Assembly (NCBI GenBank): GCA_046757645.1
Contig: JBHHYS010000002.1
Span: 1 to 53,709, forward strand
DNA from: Terriglobia bacterium
GTDB lineage: Bacteria; Acidobacteriota; Terriglobia; Acidiferrales; 2-02-FULL-67-57
Reading direction: 5' to 3'
Length of the DNA: 53,709 nt
In this document: in pieces, positions 1 through 8,003 of the stretch
Numbering within the stretch: position 1 is the first letter of the stretch
Layout of the letters: each line of letters begins with the position of its first letter
Program-made: the position numbers and the translations under genes
The notes under the pieces: model-generated
The model's input: only the letters and a program-made list of their open reading frames with translations
Told to the model about the DNA's origin: nothing
Databases searched by the model: none

Positions 1-46
1 GAGGGTTTTGAACTATCAGAATAGAGTGGCGATGAGGAGAGTAGTT

Positions 47-403
47 GTGAATCGGCGATTGATTCGTCCTAGCTTGGCCGAGGTAAGAGAGCAGGCGGTA
101 ACCGGGGGACCCCCGCAACGCCGCAAGCCTGTGCCCCCCGAGCAGACCCACGCGGAGTCGTACTACTACGTCAAACAGATGCAGGCGCGGACACCGATGG
201 TGGTGGTTCTGCACGATGGGGAGGTGCTTCGCGGCACCATCGAGTGGTATGACAAGAATTGCATCAAGCTAACCCGCACCAGCGCCCCCAACTTGCTGCT
301 CTACAAGGCGAGCATCAAGTACCTCTACAAGGACGAGGAGGGCACAAGCAGCACCCCCTCCCAAGAGCCGGAAATGGCCCACGCGGGCCGCGAACGGGAG
401 TAG
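47..403 (+). CDS. Hfq/LSm-like RNA-binding protein with basic N-terminal and acidic C-terminal tails
   Basis: ORF 8..403. Sm-like core [25 protein letters not shown]...[13 protein letters not shown] (Hfq Sm2-like YKxxI). GAGGAG at 35-40 favours GTG 47 (MNRRLIRP...) over TTG 8 or ATG 32; the frame is also open to the window edge. Confidence 0.7.
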   Translation: MNRRLIRPSLAEVREQAVTGGPPQRRKPVPPEQTHAESYYYVKQMQARTPMVVVLHDGEVLRGTIEWYDKNCIKLTRTSAPNLLLYKASIKYLYKDEEGTSSTPSQEPEMAHAGRERE

Positions 404-440
404 TTGACCCGCCCGGCTCCGGTTCACCCTTGTTCGCTCC

Positions 441-866
441 TCAGGTCTTATCCTCGGGCGGGCGGATGCTGTAGGTCAGTAAACTCTTGGCCACCAGCGC
501 CCCGGCGGTGTTCCGTATCTCGACCTCGCCCACCGCCCATCGCTTTCCCTGGCGCAACACCCGGGCATCGGCGCGCAAGCGACCTCGCTGATGGGAAGTC
601 AGGTAGTTGATCTTCATCTCCACGGTGGAGATCAAGGTAAAGCGCGGCAGCCGGGTAAAGATGGCCATGGCCAAGGCGGTGTCGGCCAGCGCCGCCAGTA
701 CGCCTCCGTGAATCCCCTGGGGGTGAGAGTGCCGCGGGCGGGCGTCCAGCGTCAGCGTAGCCCGTCCTGGGCTCAGACGGCTCAGCTTCATTCCCAACAT
801 CCGCACCGCACCCACCCGCCGGAATTTCTTCCGAATCTCGGTGTAGCGAGGTTTCTGGCTCGCCAT
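441..866 (-). CDS. PaaI-family hotdog-fold acyl-CoA thioesterase
   Basis: 141 aa, ATG start. Motif ...HPQGIHGGVLAALADTALAMA... is typical of PaaI/YbgC-like thioesterases. Confidence 0.8.
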   Translation of the reverse strand: MASQKPRYTEIRKKFRRVGAVRMLGMKLSRLSPGRATLTLDARPRHSHPQGIHGGVLAALADTALAMAIFTRLPRFTLISTVEMKINYLTSHQRGRLRADARVLRQGKRWAVGEVEIRNTAGALVAKSLLTYSIRPPEDKT

Positions 867-873
867 GCGCTTC

Positions 874-1635
874 TCAGCCGGCTGTGTAGCCCCCGTCGAG
901 GGGGAAAGCAGCGCCGGTAATCCAACTGGAATCCTCGCTGGCTAGAAAGAGAGCCAGGCGGGCCACATCCTCGGGCGTTCCCATCCGACCCAGAGGAATT
1001 TGGGCGGTTCGCCGGGCCAGCTCAGCGGCGGGGTCGCCCGCTCGTTCCAGCGATTCCCGGCCCATGGGAGTGTCCACCAGCGAGGGGCAAATGCAGTTGA
1101 CCCGAATCCCCTCCCCCGCGTGGTCGAGAGCCATGGCTTTGGTCAGGAGCACCAACCCGCCCTTGGAGGTGGCATAGGCTACGCGCCGCTTCATGCCCAC
1201 CAACCCCAGCACGGAGCCGATGTTCACGATCGATCCCCCACCGGCGCGCCGCAGTTCCGGGAGCACGTGCTTCGAGAGGAGAAACACGCCCTTGAGGTTG
1301 GTGTCCATCATCCGGTCCCAGTCGGCCTCGCCCGTCTCCTCGGCCGTGCCCGCCATCCAGTAGGCGGCGTTGTTCACCACCACGTGCAACCCATCGTATT
1401 CTTTCACCGTGCGGCCCACCAGGGCTTTGACCTCGGCTTCCCGGGTGACGTCGCAGGGCTGGGCGAAGGCCTGGCCCCCGCCGCCAGCAATGCTGCGGAC
1501 CACCGCCTCCAGCGGCTGTTGACGCCGCCCGGCCAGCACCACTGCCGCTCCTTTCCGGACAAACAATTCGGCGCAGGCACGCCCGATGCCGCTTCCCGCC
1601 CCGGTTACAATCGCAACCTTTCCCGCCAGCTTCAT
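874..1635 (-). CDS. SDR-family oxidoreductase (FabG-like)
   Basis: 253 aa. TGAGSGIG Rossmann motif, NNAA, and S...YxxxK (YATSK) catalytic signature. Confidence 0.85.
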   Translation of the reverse strand: MKLAGKVAIVTGAGSGIGRACAELFVRKGAAVVLAGRRQQPLEAVVRSIAGGGGQAFAQPCDVTREAEVKALVGRTVKEYDGLHVVVNNAAYWMAGTAEETGEADWDRMMDTNLKGVFLLSKHVLPELRRAGGGSIVNIGSVLGLVGMKRRVAYATSKGGLVLLTKAMALDHAGEGIRVNCICPSLVDTPMGRESLERAGDPAAELARRTAQIPLGRMGTPEDVARLALFLASEDSSWITGAAFPLDGGYTAG

Positions 1636-1708
1636 CGCAAAAAATAAAAGGAAAAGCAGCGCACTCTAACACGCAGGCGCGTCTAAAGTCTATTGGGGCC
1701 GAGGAGCC

Positions 1709-1738
1709 TTGCGAGGGTGAAACGGCGTCTGTTAGAGT
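1709..1738 (+). promoter_or_regulatory. Candidate sigma70-like promoter TTGCGA-18-TAGAGT just upstream of bshA
   Basis: Read directly. The -10 ends 9 nt before ATG 1748, implying a very short or absent leader. Confidence 0.3.
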
Positions 1739-1747
1739 GAGCGCGGC

Positions 1748-2893
1748 ATGAGGATCGGAATCACTTGCTATCCCACCTATGGCGGCAGCGGGGTGGTGGC
1801 GACCGAGCTGGGCATGGAGCTGGCCGCCCGCGGGCATGAAATCCACTTCATCAGCTACGCGCAGCCCATCCGCCTGACGGAGTTCAACAGCCAACCCGAC
1901 GTGCTCCAGCGCATTTCCTACCACGAAGTCGAGGTGATGGCCTACCCGCTCTTCGACTACCCACCCTACGCCCTTTCGCTGGCCACCAAGATGGCCGAGG
2001 TGGCCGAGCACTATGCGCTCGACCTGCTCCATGTCCACTACGCCATCCCGCACTCGGTCAGCGCCTATCTGGCCCAGGCGATGCTGGCCCCGCGCTCCTT
2101 GCCCTTCGTCACCACCCTGCACGGCACCGACATCACCTTGGTGGGCCAAGACCGCTCCTTCCTTCCCATCACCCGCTTCGCCATTGAACAGTCGAGCGGC
2201 GTCACCGCCGTCTCCCACTACCTGCGCGAGGTCACCCGGCGGGAGTTCAGCGTGCAAAAGCCCATCGAAGTCATCACCAACTTCGTCAACTGCGACCGCT
2301 ACAAACGCTGCCCGGACCCCCACCGCCGCCAGCCGTTCAGCCCCCGGGGGGAATTTCTCATCGCCCACCTCTCCAACTTCCGTCCGGTCAAGCGCATTCC
2401 CGACGTGATTGAAGTTTTCGGTCGGGTTCGGGAGAAGTTACCGGCGCGTCTGCTCCTGATTGGCGACGGCCCGGAACGCACCAACGCCGAATACCTGGTG
2501 CGGCAGAAAGGCATCAGCGACGACGTGGTCTTTCTCGGTAAGCAAGACGCCGTGCAGGAAAAACTCGGGCTGTGCGATTTGTTTTTGCTGCCCAGCGAGC
2601 TGGAGTCCTTCGGGCTCGCCGCCCTGGAAGCAATGGCCTGCGAGGTGCCGGTGATTGCCAGCGACGTGGGCGGCCTGCGCGAGCTGATTCATCCGGGAGA
2701 AGACGGCTGCCTGGTGCCCCCGCGCGACATTGACACCATGGCCCGCTGCGCTCTCGAACTGCTCACCCAGCCGGAGCGCGCCCGGGAGATGGGTCGCCGC
2801 GCCCGGGAGAGCGCCCAGGCTCGCTTCTGCTCCACCCTGATCATTCCCCGCTACGAGGCCTTCTACCAGCAAATCCTCGACCAGGCCGGATAA
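1748..2893 (+). CDS. bshA: N-acetyl-alpha-D-glucosaminyl L-malate synthase (bacillithiol biosynthesis glycosyltransferase)
   Basis: 381 aa GT4 enzyme. The N-terminus MRIGITCYPTYGGSGVVATELGMELAARGHEIHFISY closely matches the BshA family signature. Confidence 0.8.
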   Translation: MRIGITCYPTYGGSGVVATELGMELAARGHEIHFISYAQPIRLTEFNSQPDVLQRISYHEVEVMAYPLFDYPPYALSLATKMAEVAEHYALDLLHVHYAIPHSVSAYLAQAMLAPRSLPFVTTLHGTDITLVGQDRSFLPITRFAIEQSSGVTAVSHYLREVTRREFSVQKPIEVITNFVNCDRYKRCPDPHRRQPFSPRGEFLIAHLSNFRPVKRIPDVIEVFGRVREKLPARLLLIGDGPERTNAEYLVRQKGISDDVVFLGKQDAVQEKLGLCDLFLLPSELESFGLAALEAMACEVPVIASDVGGLRELIHPGEDGCLVPPRDIDTMARCALELLTQPERAREMGRRARESAQARFCSTLIIPRYEAFYQQILDQAG

Positions 2894-2937
2894 GAAGCGG
2901 AAGCCCCCTAACCGCCGAATCCTTTGGCGACAGGCAG

Positions 2938-4236
2938 CTACCCGAGAGACACTTCGGGGAGTTCGATGTGGATGGTGGTACCAAGCCCGGGCAGACTCTC
3001 GATTCTGAGCACGTAGTCCGTCCCGTAGAGCACCTTCAGCCGCTCGATGACGTTGCTGATGCCGATGCCGCTGCCGTAAATCTCTGCGATGCGTTCCTGG
3101 GCGATCCCCACCCCGTTGTCCTCCACCTCGATCACCAGCCGCCCATCCAGCCGCGCCGTCCGCAGCCGCACCTCGCCCCCATCAATGCGGGGGGCCAGCC
3201 CGTGGCGGATGGAGTTTTCGATCAGGGGTTGCAGGAGCATGCTGGGGACAATGGCATCCAGGGTCTGCTCGTCAATCTGCTTGTGAAACTGCAGTTTTTC
3301 CGGGCCGAACCGCTGCATCTCGATGTCCAGGTAGTCGTCAATAAACTCCAACTCTTGCCGCAAGGGCACAAAGCTCTCATGCTTGCGAAGCAGGCGGCGC
3401 AGAATGTTGGATAGCTTGACCAGCAGCTCGCGCGCCGCGTCCGGGTTGAGGCGCGTCAGCGAGCCAACCGTATTCAGGGTATTGAAGAGAAAGTGCGGGT
3501 TGATCCGGCTGGTCAGCGCCTCCATGCGCGCCGCGAGCAGCGATTGCTCCCGTTCCTGCAATTTGATCTGGATGCGGGTGTTGTTCCAGATCATCAGCGA
3601 GACCGCGACCCCGAAAGTGGTTCCCAGCACCGGCAAGACCAGCATCCACCTCTCTTCCGCGCCCAGGTAGTAGAGCGCTCCGGGGAATATCTGCCCCAAG
3701 CCGATGCGCGATAGCTCCAGCCCGGCGGACATCAGTAGAGGGAGTATCTGCCACGTCCCCTCCCCTTTGGCGAACAGCCTGTACACCCACCGGGGTACGC
3801 TCAGGAAAACAAAGGGTCCGAAGTTCCATACCCGCTCTTTGTTCACACACAGCTCGCGCAGCACGCCGCCCACCGCGCCGCAGAGCACCCCAAAGGGCAG
3901 CGACAGCAATTCCTCGTTGAAGAAAGCGGGCAGGGCCACTAGGGTTCCCACCATCATCCCTGTCGTCCGCCCGCCCACCAGGCCAGCCACCAAGGCCCCT
4001 TCCAGACTCACGTCCGTCGCCTTGTAGCCAAGCAGGATGCGGGTGAGGACTCCGAGGGCTACGGGGGGCCCGTAGAGCAACACAAAGAGCAAGCGTTCGT
4101 CCAGGCTCCGCTCCTCTTTGAGCAGCACGCGCTGGAAGAGGGTTGAGCGCGCAATCAGCGCGGCAATCGAGGAGGCCACGGCCAACCGGAACAGCAGAGT
4201 GAAAACTATATCTTGGAGAGGAAGCCCCTGCCCCAT
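2938..4236 (-). CDS. Sensor histidine kinase, LytS/YehU family (multi-TM N-terminus)
   Basis: 432 aa. About 6 predicted TM helices, then the NPHFLFNTLN H-box typical of the LytS family, and a C-terminal HATPase (DNGVGI...GIGISN). No LytTR partner is adjacent. Confidence 0.8.
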   Translation of the reverse strand: MGQGLPLQDIVFTLLFRLAVASSIAALIARSTLFQRVLLKEERSLDERLLFVLLYGPPVALGVLTRILLGYKATDVSLEGALVAGLVGGRTTGMMVGTLVALPAFFNEELLSLPFGVLCGAVGGVLRELCVNKERVWNFGPFVFLSVPRWVYRLFAKGEGTWQILPLLMSAGLELSRIGLGQIFPGALYYLGAEERWMLVLPVLGTTFGVAVSLMIWNNTRIQIKLQEREQSLLAARMEALTSRINPHFLFNTLNTVGSLTRLNPDAARELLVKLSNILRRLLRKHESFVPLRQELEFIDDYLDIEMQRFGPEKLQFHKQIDEQTLDAIVPSMLLQPLIENSIRHGLAPRIDGGEVRLRTARLDGRLVIEVEDNGVGIAQERIAEIYGSGIGISNVIERLKVLYGTDYVLRIESLPGLGTTIHIELPEVSLG

Positions 4237-4298
4237 GCCCCTCCTTCGCTGTGCTTACGGTAGCAGCAGGACGCTTGGCTTGTAAAGCCGCCGCCGGG

Positions 4299-4327
4299 TT
4301 GCTTACCTATGTGCCCACGCCTATAAT
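4299..4327 (+). promoter_or_regulatory. Candidate promoter TTGCTT-17-TATAAT upstream of ribA
   Basis: Read directly. The consensus -10 ends 6 nt before GTG 4334. Confidence 0.4.
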
Positions 4328-4333
4328 GGCCGG

Positions 4334-4945
4334 GTGAAGAAAAAAAAGAACGCCCGCCTGCACCTCCGCAAGGCGGCCGAAGCCCGCCTTCCCACCCGCT
4401 TCGGCTTTTTCCGCATTCTCGGCCTGGAGAACAATCGCCGGGAGTGGCTCGTGGCACTGGTCAAGGGCAACCTGAGCCGCGCCGGCGCCCCCTTGGTGCG
4501 TATCCACTCCCAGTGCCTCACCGGCGACGTCTTTGGGTCGTCGCGGTGCGATTGCCGCGCCCAACTCGAACTCGCTCTGAAACAAATCGCCCGCCAGGGT
4601 GCCGGGGTGCTCGTCTATGAACCCCAGGAAGGCCGGGGCATCGGCCTAATCAACAAGCTCATGGCCTATGAATTGCAAGACCAGGGCCTGGATACGGTGG
4701 AGGCCAACCGGCGTCTCGGTTTCCCCCCCGACCGCCGGGACTATGCCCTGGTGGCGGCCGCCCTGCGCTTCCTCAAGCTGAGGCAGGTCCGTCTGCTCTC
4801 CAACAATCCCGACAAAGTCGTGGCCCTTGAGCGTGCGGGGATCCGCGTGGTGGAGCGCCTTCCCTGCCAGCCGAACTCCACTCGAGGCCACCGCACTTAC
4901 CTGCGGGTGAAAAAGAGAAAACTCGGCCACCTGCTGGCGCTGTAG
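4334..4945 (+). CDS. ribA: GTP cyclohydrolase II (monofunctional)
   Basis: 203 aa. RIHSQCLTGDVFGSSRCDCRAQL zinc/catalytic motif and EGRGIGLINKLMAYELQ. GTG start; no RibB domain. Confidence 0.9.
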   Translation: MKKKKNARLHLRKAAEARLPTRFGFFRILGLENNRREWLVALVKGNLSRAGAPLVRIHSQCLTGDVFGSSRCDCRAQLELALKQIARQGAGVLVYEPQEGRGIGLINKLMAYELQDQGLDTVEANRRLGFPPDRRDYALVAAALRFLKLRQVRLLSNNPDKVVALERAGIRVVERLPCQPNSTRGHRTYLRVKKRKLGHLLAL

Positions 4946-4978
4946 CCGGGGTCGCCCCGAGCGGGGAGAGAAACCGCC

Positions 4979-5179
4979 CTAGCCACCACCCACCAGGTGC
5001 ACGATCTCCAGCTGGTCTCCGGCCTCGACTCTCACTGCCGGCCAGCGCTCCCGCTTGACTATTTCCCGGTTCCGCTCAATCGCCACCCGCTCTTCGCTCA
5101 CCTTCAAGTGGCGAAGCAGATCACGCAAGCTGAGGGTGTCGGGGACCTCGCGCACTTCTCCGTTGATGGTGACCTGCAT
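4979..5179 (-). CDS. thiS: ThiS-type sulfur-carrier protein (beta-grasp, C-terminal GG)
   Basis: 66 aa ending ...EIVHLVGGG. The start overlaps the upstream stop (TGATG). Confidence 0.8.
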   Translation of the reverse strand: MQVTINGEVREVPDTLSLRDLLRHLKVSEERVAIERNREIVKRERWPAVRVEAGDQLEIVHLVGGG

Positions 5180-5844
5180 CAGGTCTTGTTTTTGGGCTTG
5201 GGACGTATGGTGTACTTGATTTCGTCTTCGCCCTCGGCGGAGGTTGCCTGGATCAGCAGTTGCGCTCCGCCGGGGCCCAGCCGCGGCATATGGAACTGCA
5301 GCTCTGCCTCTCCGTCGGCCCCGGTTTTTGCCTCAAACTCGTAGGGATGAGGGGTCCCGGTGTGTAGCGAGACGAGCACGCGAGCGCCCGGCAGCGGTGT
5401 TCCCCCGTCGCGTTTGCTGACCACCACTTTGAGGGTTGCTGTCCTCCCCTTCAGAAACGTGGCTGGGTTCAGTAACTGCACGCCGATACCGCTTGGCACT
5501 ACCTCCGTCTCGAGCTGCCCCATCTCCGGCAGCCGGCCGCCGCGTACTTCTTCGATGATCTCCTTGTGCTGGCGTTCCAACATGGCTTGCAGCTCGGATT
5601 CGCTGAAGTCCGGGGATACCAGGAAATCGCGGTAACTCGTACCGCGCCGCGCCAGCACCCACCCCTTGACGTAAACCGTAGTGTCGAGGATGGGGTTGTT
5701 GACACCCCGATCCTCCGTCTGCACGTGAAAGACGGTGTCGCCCACTTTAACGTTAGTGTTGAACCCGAAGACCGGCATTCCCGAACCCGCCCCCGACCAT
5801 CGCTCGGCGGGCGCTTGCCGCCCCGGCCCGCCCCGGCTTGACAT
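5179..5844 (-). CDS. Hypothetical protein: conserved N-terminal domain plus C-terminal beta-sandwich-like region
   Basis: 221-aa ORF with ATG 5844 (alternative ATG 5778, MPVFGFNTNVKVGDTVFHVQTEDRG...). No family recognised. Translationally coupled to thiS. Confidence 0.55.
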   Translation of the reverse strand: MSSRGGPGRQAPAERWSGAGSGMPVFGFNTNVKVGDTVFHVQTEDRGVNNPILDTTVYVKGWVLARRGTSYRDFLVSPDFSESELQAMLERQHKEIIEEVRGGRLPEMGQLETEVVPSGIGVQLLNPATFLKGRTATLKVVVSKRDGGTPLPGARVLVSLHTGTPHPYEFEAKTGADGEAELQFHMPRLGPGGAQLLIQATSAEGEDEIKYTIRPKPKNKT

Positions 5845-5866
5845 CCCCAGGGAGCAACCCTATAGT
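5838..5866 (+). promoter_or_regulatory. Candidate promoter TTGACA-17-TATAGT for nuo operon 1
   Basis: Read directly. Consensus -35 with 17-nt spacer, about 68 nt upstream of nuoA ATG 5934. Confidence 0.5.
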
Positions 5867-5898
5867 CGCGGGTTAGCGTTTTTTCGCGGGCGTCCGCC

Positions 5899-5907
5899 AT
5901 TATAGCA
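5899..5907 (-). promoter_or_regulatory. Candidate extended -10 promoter (TGCTATAAT) for the divergent hypothetical-thiS unit
   Basis: The reverse complement of 5899-5907 reads TGCTATAAT. There is no good -35. Confidence 0.3.
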
Positions 5908-5933
5908 TCGCCGCCGTCCCGCGCCCCAACAGG

Positions 5934-6305
5934 ATGAACCAGAGCTACTTATCCAACTACGCGCCTATTCTCATCCACCTCGTGTTGGTGGCCGGTCTGG
6001 CAGCGGCCATGATGCTGGTTTCCTGGCTGGTGGGCGAACACCGCCCCACCCGAAGCAAACTCACTCCGTATGAGTGCGGTATCCTTCCCACCGGCGACGC
6101 CCGCCAACCCATGGCGGTCAAGTTCTATCTGGTGGCGATGATTTTCATCCTTTTCGATGTGGAAGCGATGTTTCTCTTTCCCTGGGCCGTCATCTACCGG
6201 GAGCTGCGAATGTTCGGGTTCGTCGAGATGTTCCTCTACATCCTGATTTTGCTGGTCGGCTACATCTACTTGTGGAAAAAGGGCGCTCTCGACTGGGGTG
6301 CCTGA
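5934..6305 (+). CDS. nuoA: NADH-quinone oxidoreductase subunit A (operon 1)
   Basis: 123 aa, 3 TM. YECG...FDVE...FLFPWA motifs. Confidence 0.95.
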   Translation: MNQSYLSNYAPILIHLVLVAGLAAAMMLVSWLVGEHRPTRSKLTPYECGILPTGDARQPMAVKFYLVAMIFILFDVEAMFLFPWAVIYRELRMFGFVEMFLYILILLVGYIYLWKKGALDWGA

Positions 6306-6807
6306 GACCGGCCCCAGGCAAAAACTCATGACTACCTCCCCGGGATTGGCCGCACGTCCTGCGGTGCGAAAGCTGCAATCCTTCCACCCCCGCGCGGTGT
6401 CGGCGGCCAGCGAGTTTCGCGGCCAACTGACGGTTGTGACCCCGCCCGAATTGATTCGCGAGGTCTGCGAGTTCCTGCGCAGCGATCCCGAACTGCGGTT
6501 CAACTTTCTGGTGGATATCACCGCTGTGGACCGCTACCCGATCGAGCCCCGATTCGAAGTTGTTTATCACCTGCGCTCCATGACCACCGGGAAGCGCCTG
6601 CGCCTCAAAGCCTTGCTCTCGGGGGATGATCCCCGGATTGATTCGCTCTTCGGACTCTGGCCTGCCGCCGATATGCTGGAACGCGAAGTCTACGACCTCT
6701 TCGGCATTCGCTTCGACGGTCACCCCAACCTGCGCCGCCTGCTGATGCCGGAGGATTGGGAGGGCCATCCCCTGCGCAAGGACTATCCGGTGGAAGGGTA
6801 CCGCTAA
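6298..6807 (+). CDS. nuoC: NADH-quinone oxidoreductase subunit C (operon 1)
   Basis: 169 aa. ...ERE(V)YDLFGIRFDGHP...LRKDYP. GTG 6298 overlaps the nuoA stop (alternative ATG 6328). No nuoB lies between A and C. Confidence 0.9.
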   Translation: MPETGPRQKLMTTSPGLAARPAVRKLQSFHPRAVSAASEFRGQLTVVTPPELIREVCEFLRSDPELRFNFLVDITAVDRYPIEPRFEVVYHLRSMTTGKRLRLKALLSGDDPRIDSLFGLWPAADMLEREVYDLFGIRFDGHPNLRRLLMPEDWEGHPLRKDYPVEGYR

Positions 6808-8003
6808 TGGCAGAGCCGCTCGCCCCGCCTCCCCGCTCCACCGAGACAATGACGCTCAACATGGGGCCGCAGCACCCCTCCACCCATGGCGTCCTCCGGG
6901 TGATTCTTGAACTCGACGGCGAGACCATCGTGCGCGCCACCCCCGATATCGGCTACCTCCACACCGGCATCGAAAAGAACGCCGAGAAGCTCTACTATTC
7001 CCAGGTCATCACCCTCACCGACCGCATCGACTACCTCGCTCCCCTCTCCAACAATCTCGTCTATTGCCTGGCGGTGGAAAAGCTGCTCGACCTGGAGATT
7101 CCTCCCCGGGCCCAATGGATTCGCGTATTGCTCACCGAGTTGACCCGCATCAATAACCACCTGGTCTGGCTCGGCACCACGGGTCTGGAACTGGGGGCCA
7201 TCTCCGTCATGCTCTACTGCTTCCGCGAGCGCGAAGAGATCTTGAACATCTTCGAACTGGTCAGCGGTCAGCGGATGATGACCAGCTACTTTCGCATCGG
7301 GGGCTTGACCCTCGAACCTCCGCTCGAATTCTATGAGCGCGTGAACCGCCTCCTGAAGAGCCTGCCCGGCCGCTTCGACGAATATGAAGACCTCCTCAGT
7401 GAAAACAAGATCTGGCTGGCCCGCACCCGAGGGATCGGGGTCCTCTCCCCCGATGACGCCCTGGCCGGCGGCATCACCGGCCCCAACCTCCGCGCCTCGG
7501 GCATCCCGTTTGACCTCCGCAAGGCAGAGCCCTACTCCAGTTATGAGAATTTCGACTTTGACGTTCCGGTGTGCGCGGAGGGGGACGCCTACGCCCGCTA
7601 TTCCGTCCGCCGGCAGGAAATGCGCCAGAGCCTGCGGATTGCCCGCCAGGCGCTCGACGGCCTTCCCGAAGGGCCGGTGCGCGCCGAAGCGCCCGGCATC
7701 GTCCTCCCCGACCGTGAAAAGATGAAGACCGAGATGGAAGCCCTCATCTACCACTTCAAACTGGTGGTGGACGGCTTCGCCCCGCCGCCCGGCGAGGTGT
7801 ACGTCCCCATCGAGTCGCCCAAGGGTGAGCTGGGCTGCTATCTGGTCAGCGACGGCAGTCCCCGGCCTTGGCGGATGCGCTGGCGTGGCCCCTCCCTGCT
7901 CAATGTGCAAATTCTCTCCAAGCTGCTGCCCGGCCACCTGTTGGCCGACGCGGTCGCCATCATTGCCAGCGTGGATTTCGTGCTGGGAGAGGTGGACCGG
8001 TGA
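6807..8003 (+). CDS. nuoD: NADH-quinone oxidoreductase subunit D (operon 1)
   Basis: Starts at the TAATG overlap with nuo[18 protein letters not shown]... and ends ...DFVLGEVDR. Confidence 0.95.
   Translation: MAEPLAPPPRSTETMTLNMGPQHPSTHGVLRVILELDGETIVRATPDIGYLHTGIEKNAEKLYYSQVITLTDRIDYLAPLSNNLVYCLAVEKLLDLEIPPRAQWIRVLLTELTRINNHLVWLGTTGLELGAISVMLYCFREREEILNIFELVSGQRMMTSYFRIGGLTLEPPLEFYERVNRLLKSLPGRFDEYEDLLSENKIWLARTRGIGVLSPDDALAGGITGPNLRASGIPFDLRKAEPYSSYENFDFDVPVCAEGDAYARYSVRRQEMRQSLRIARQALDGLPEGPVRAEAPGIVLPDREKMKTEMEALIYHFKLVVDGFAPPPGEVYVPIESPKGELGCYLVSDGSPRPWRMRWRGPSLLNVQILSKLLPGHLLADAVAIIASVDFVLGEVDR

Noticed and set aside
1022-2368. Many very long ORFs antisense to or out of frame with the called genes. 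Examples: 1022..2368(-), 6804..7937(-), 17563..19080(-), 20855..22057(+), 22546..23829(+), 29516..31273(+), 36599..38761(+), 38929..40314(+), 49769..52069(+).
   Set aside because: These are typical high-GC shadow ORFs. Their translations are Arg/Gly/Pro/Ala/His-rich low-complexity sequence with no recognisable motifs. Each lies opposite a gene with strong family signatures.
4237-4333. FMN riboswitch upstream of ribA, TPP riboswitch upstream of the thiS unit (5845-5933), and Moco riboswitch upstream of moeA/moaC.
   Set aside because: The spacers are too short (97, 89 and 9-17 nt). None shows the conserved cores of these elements.
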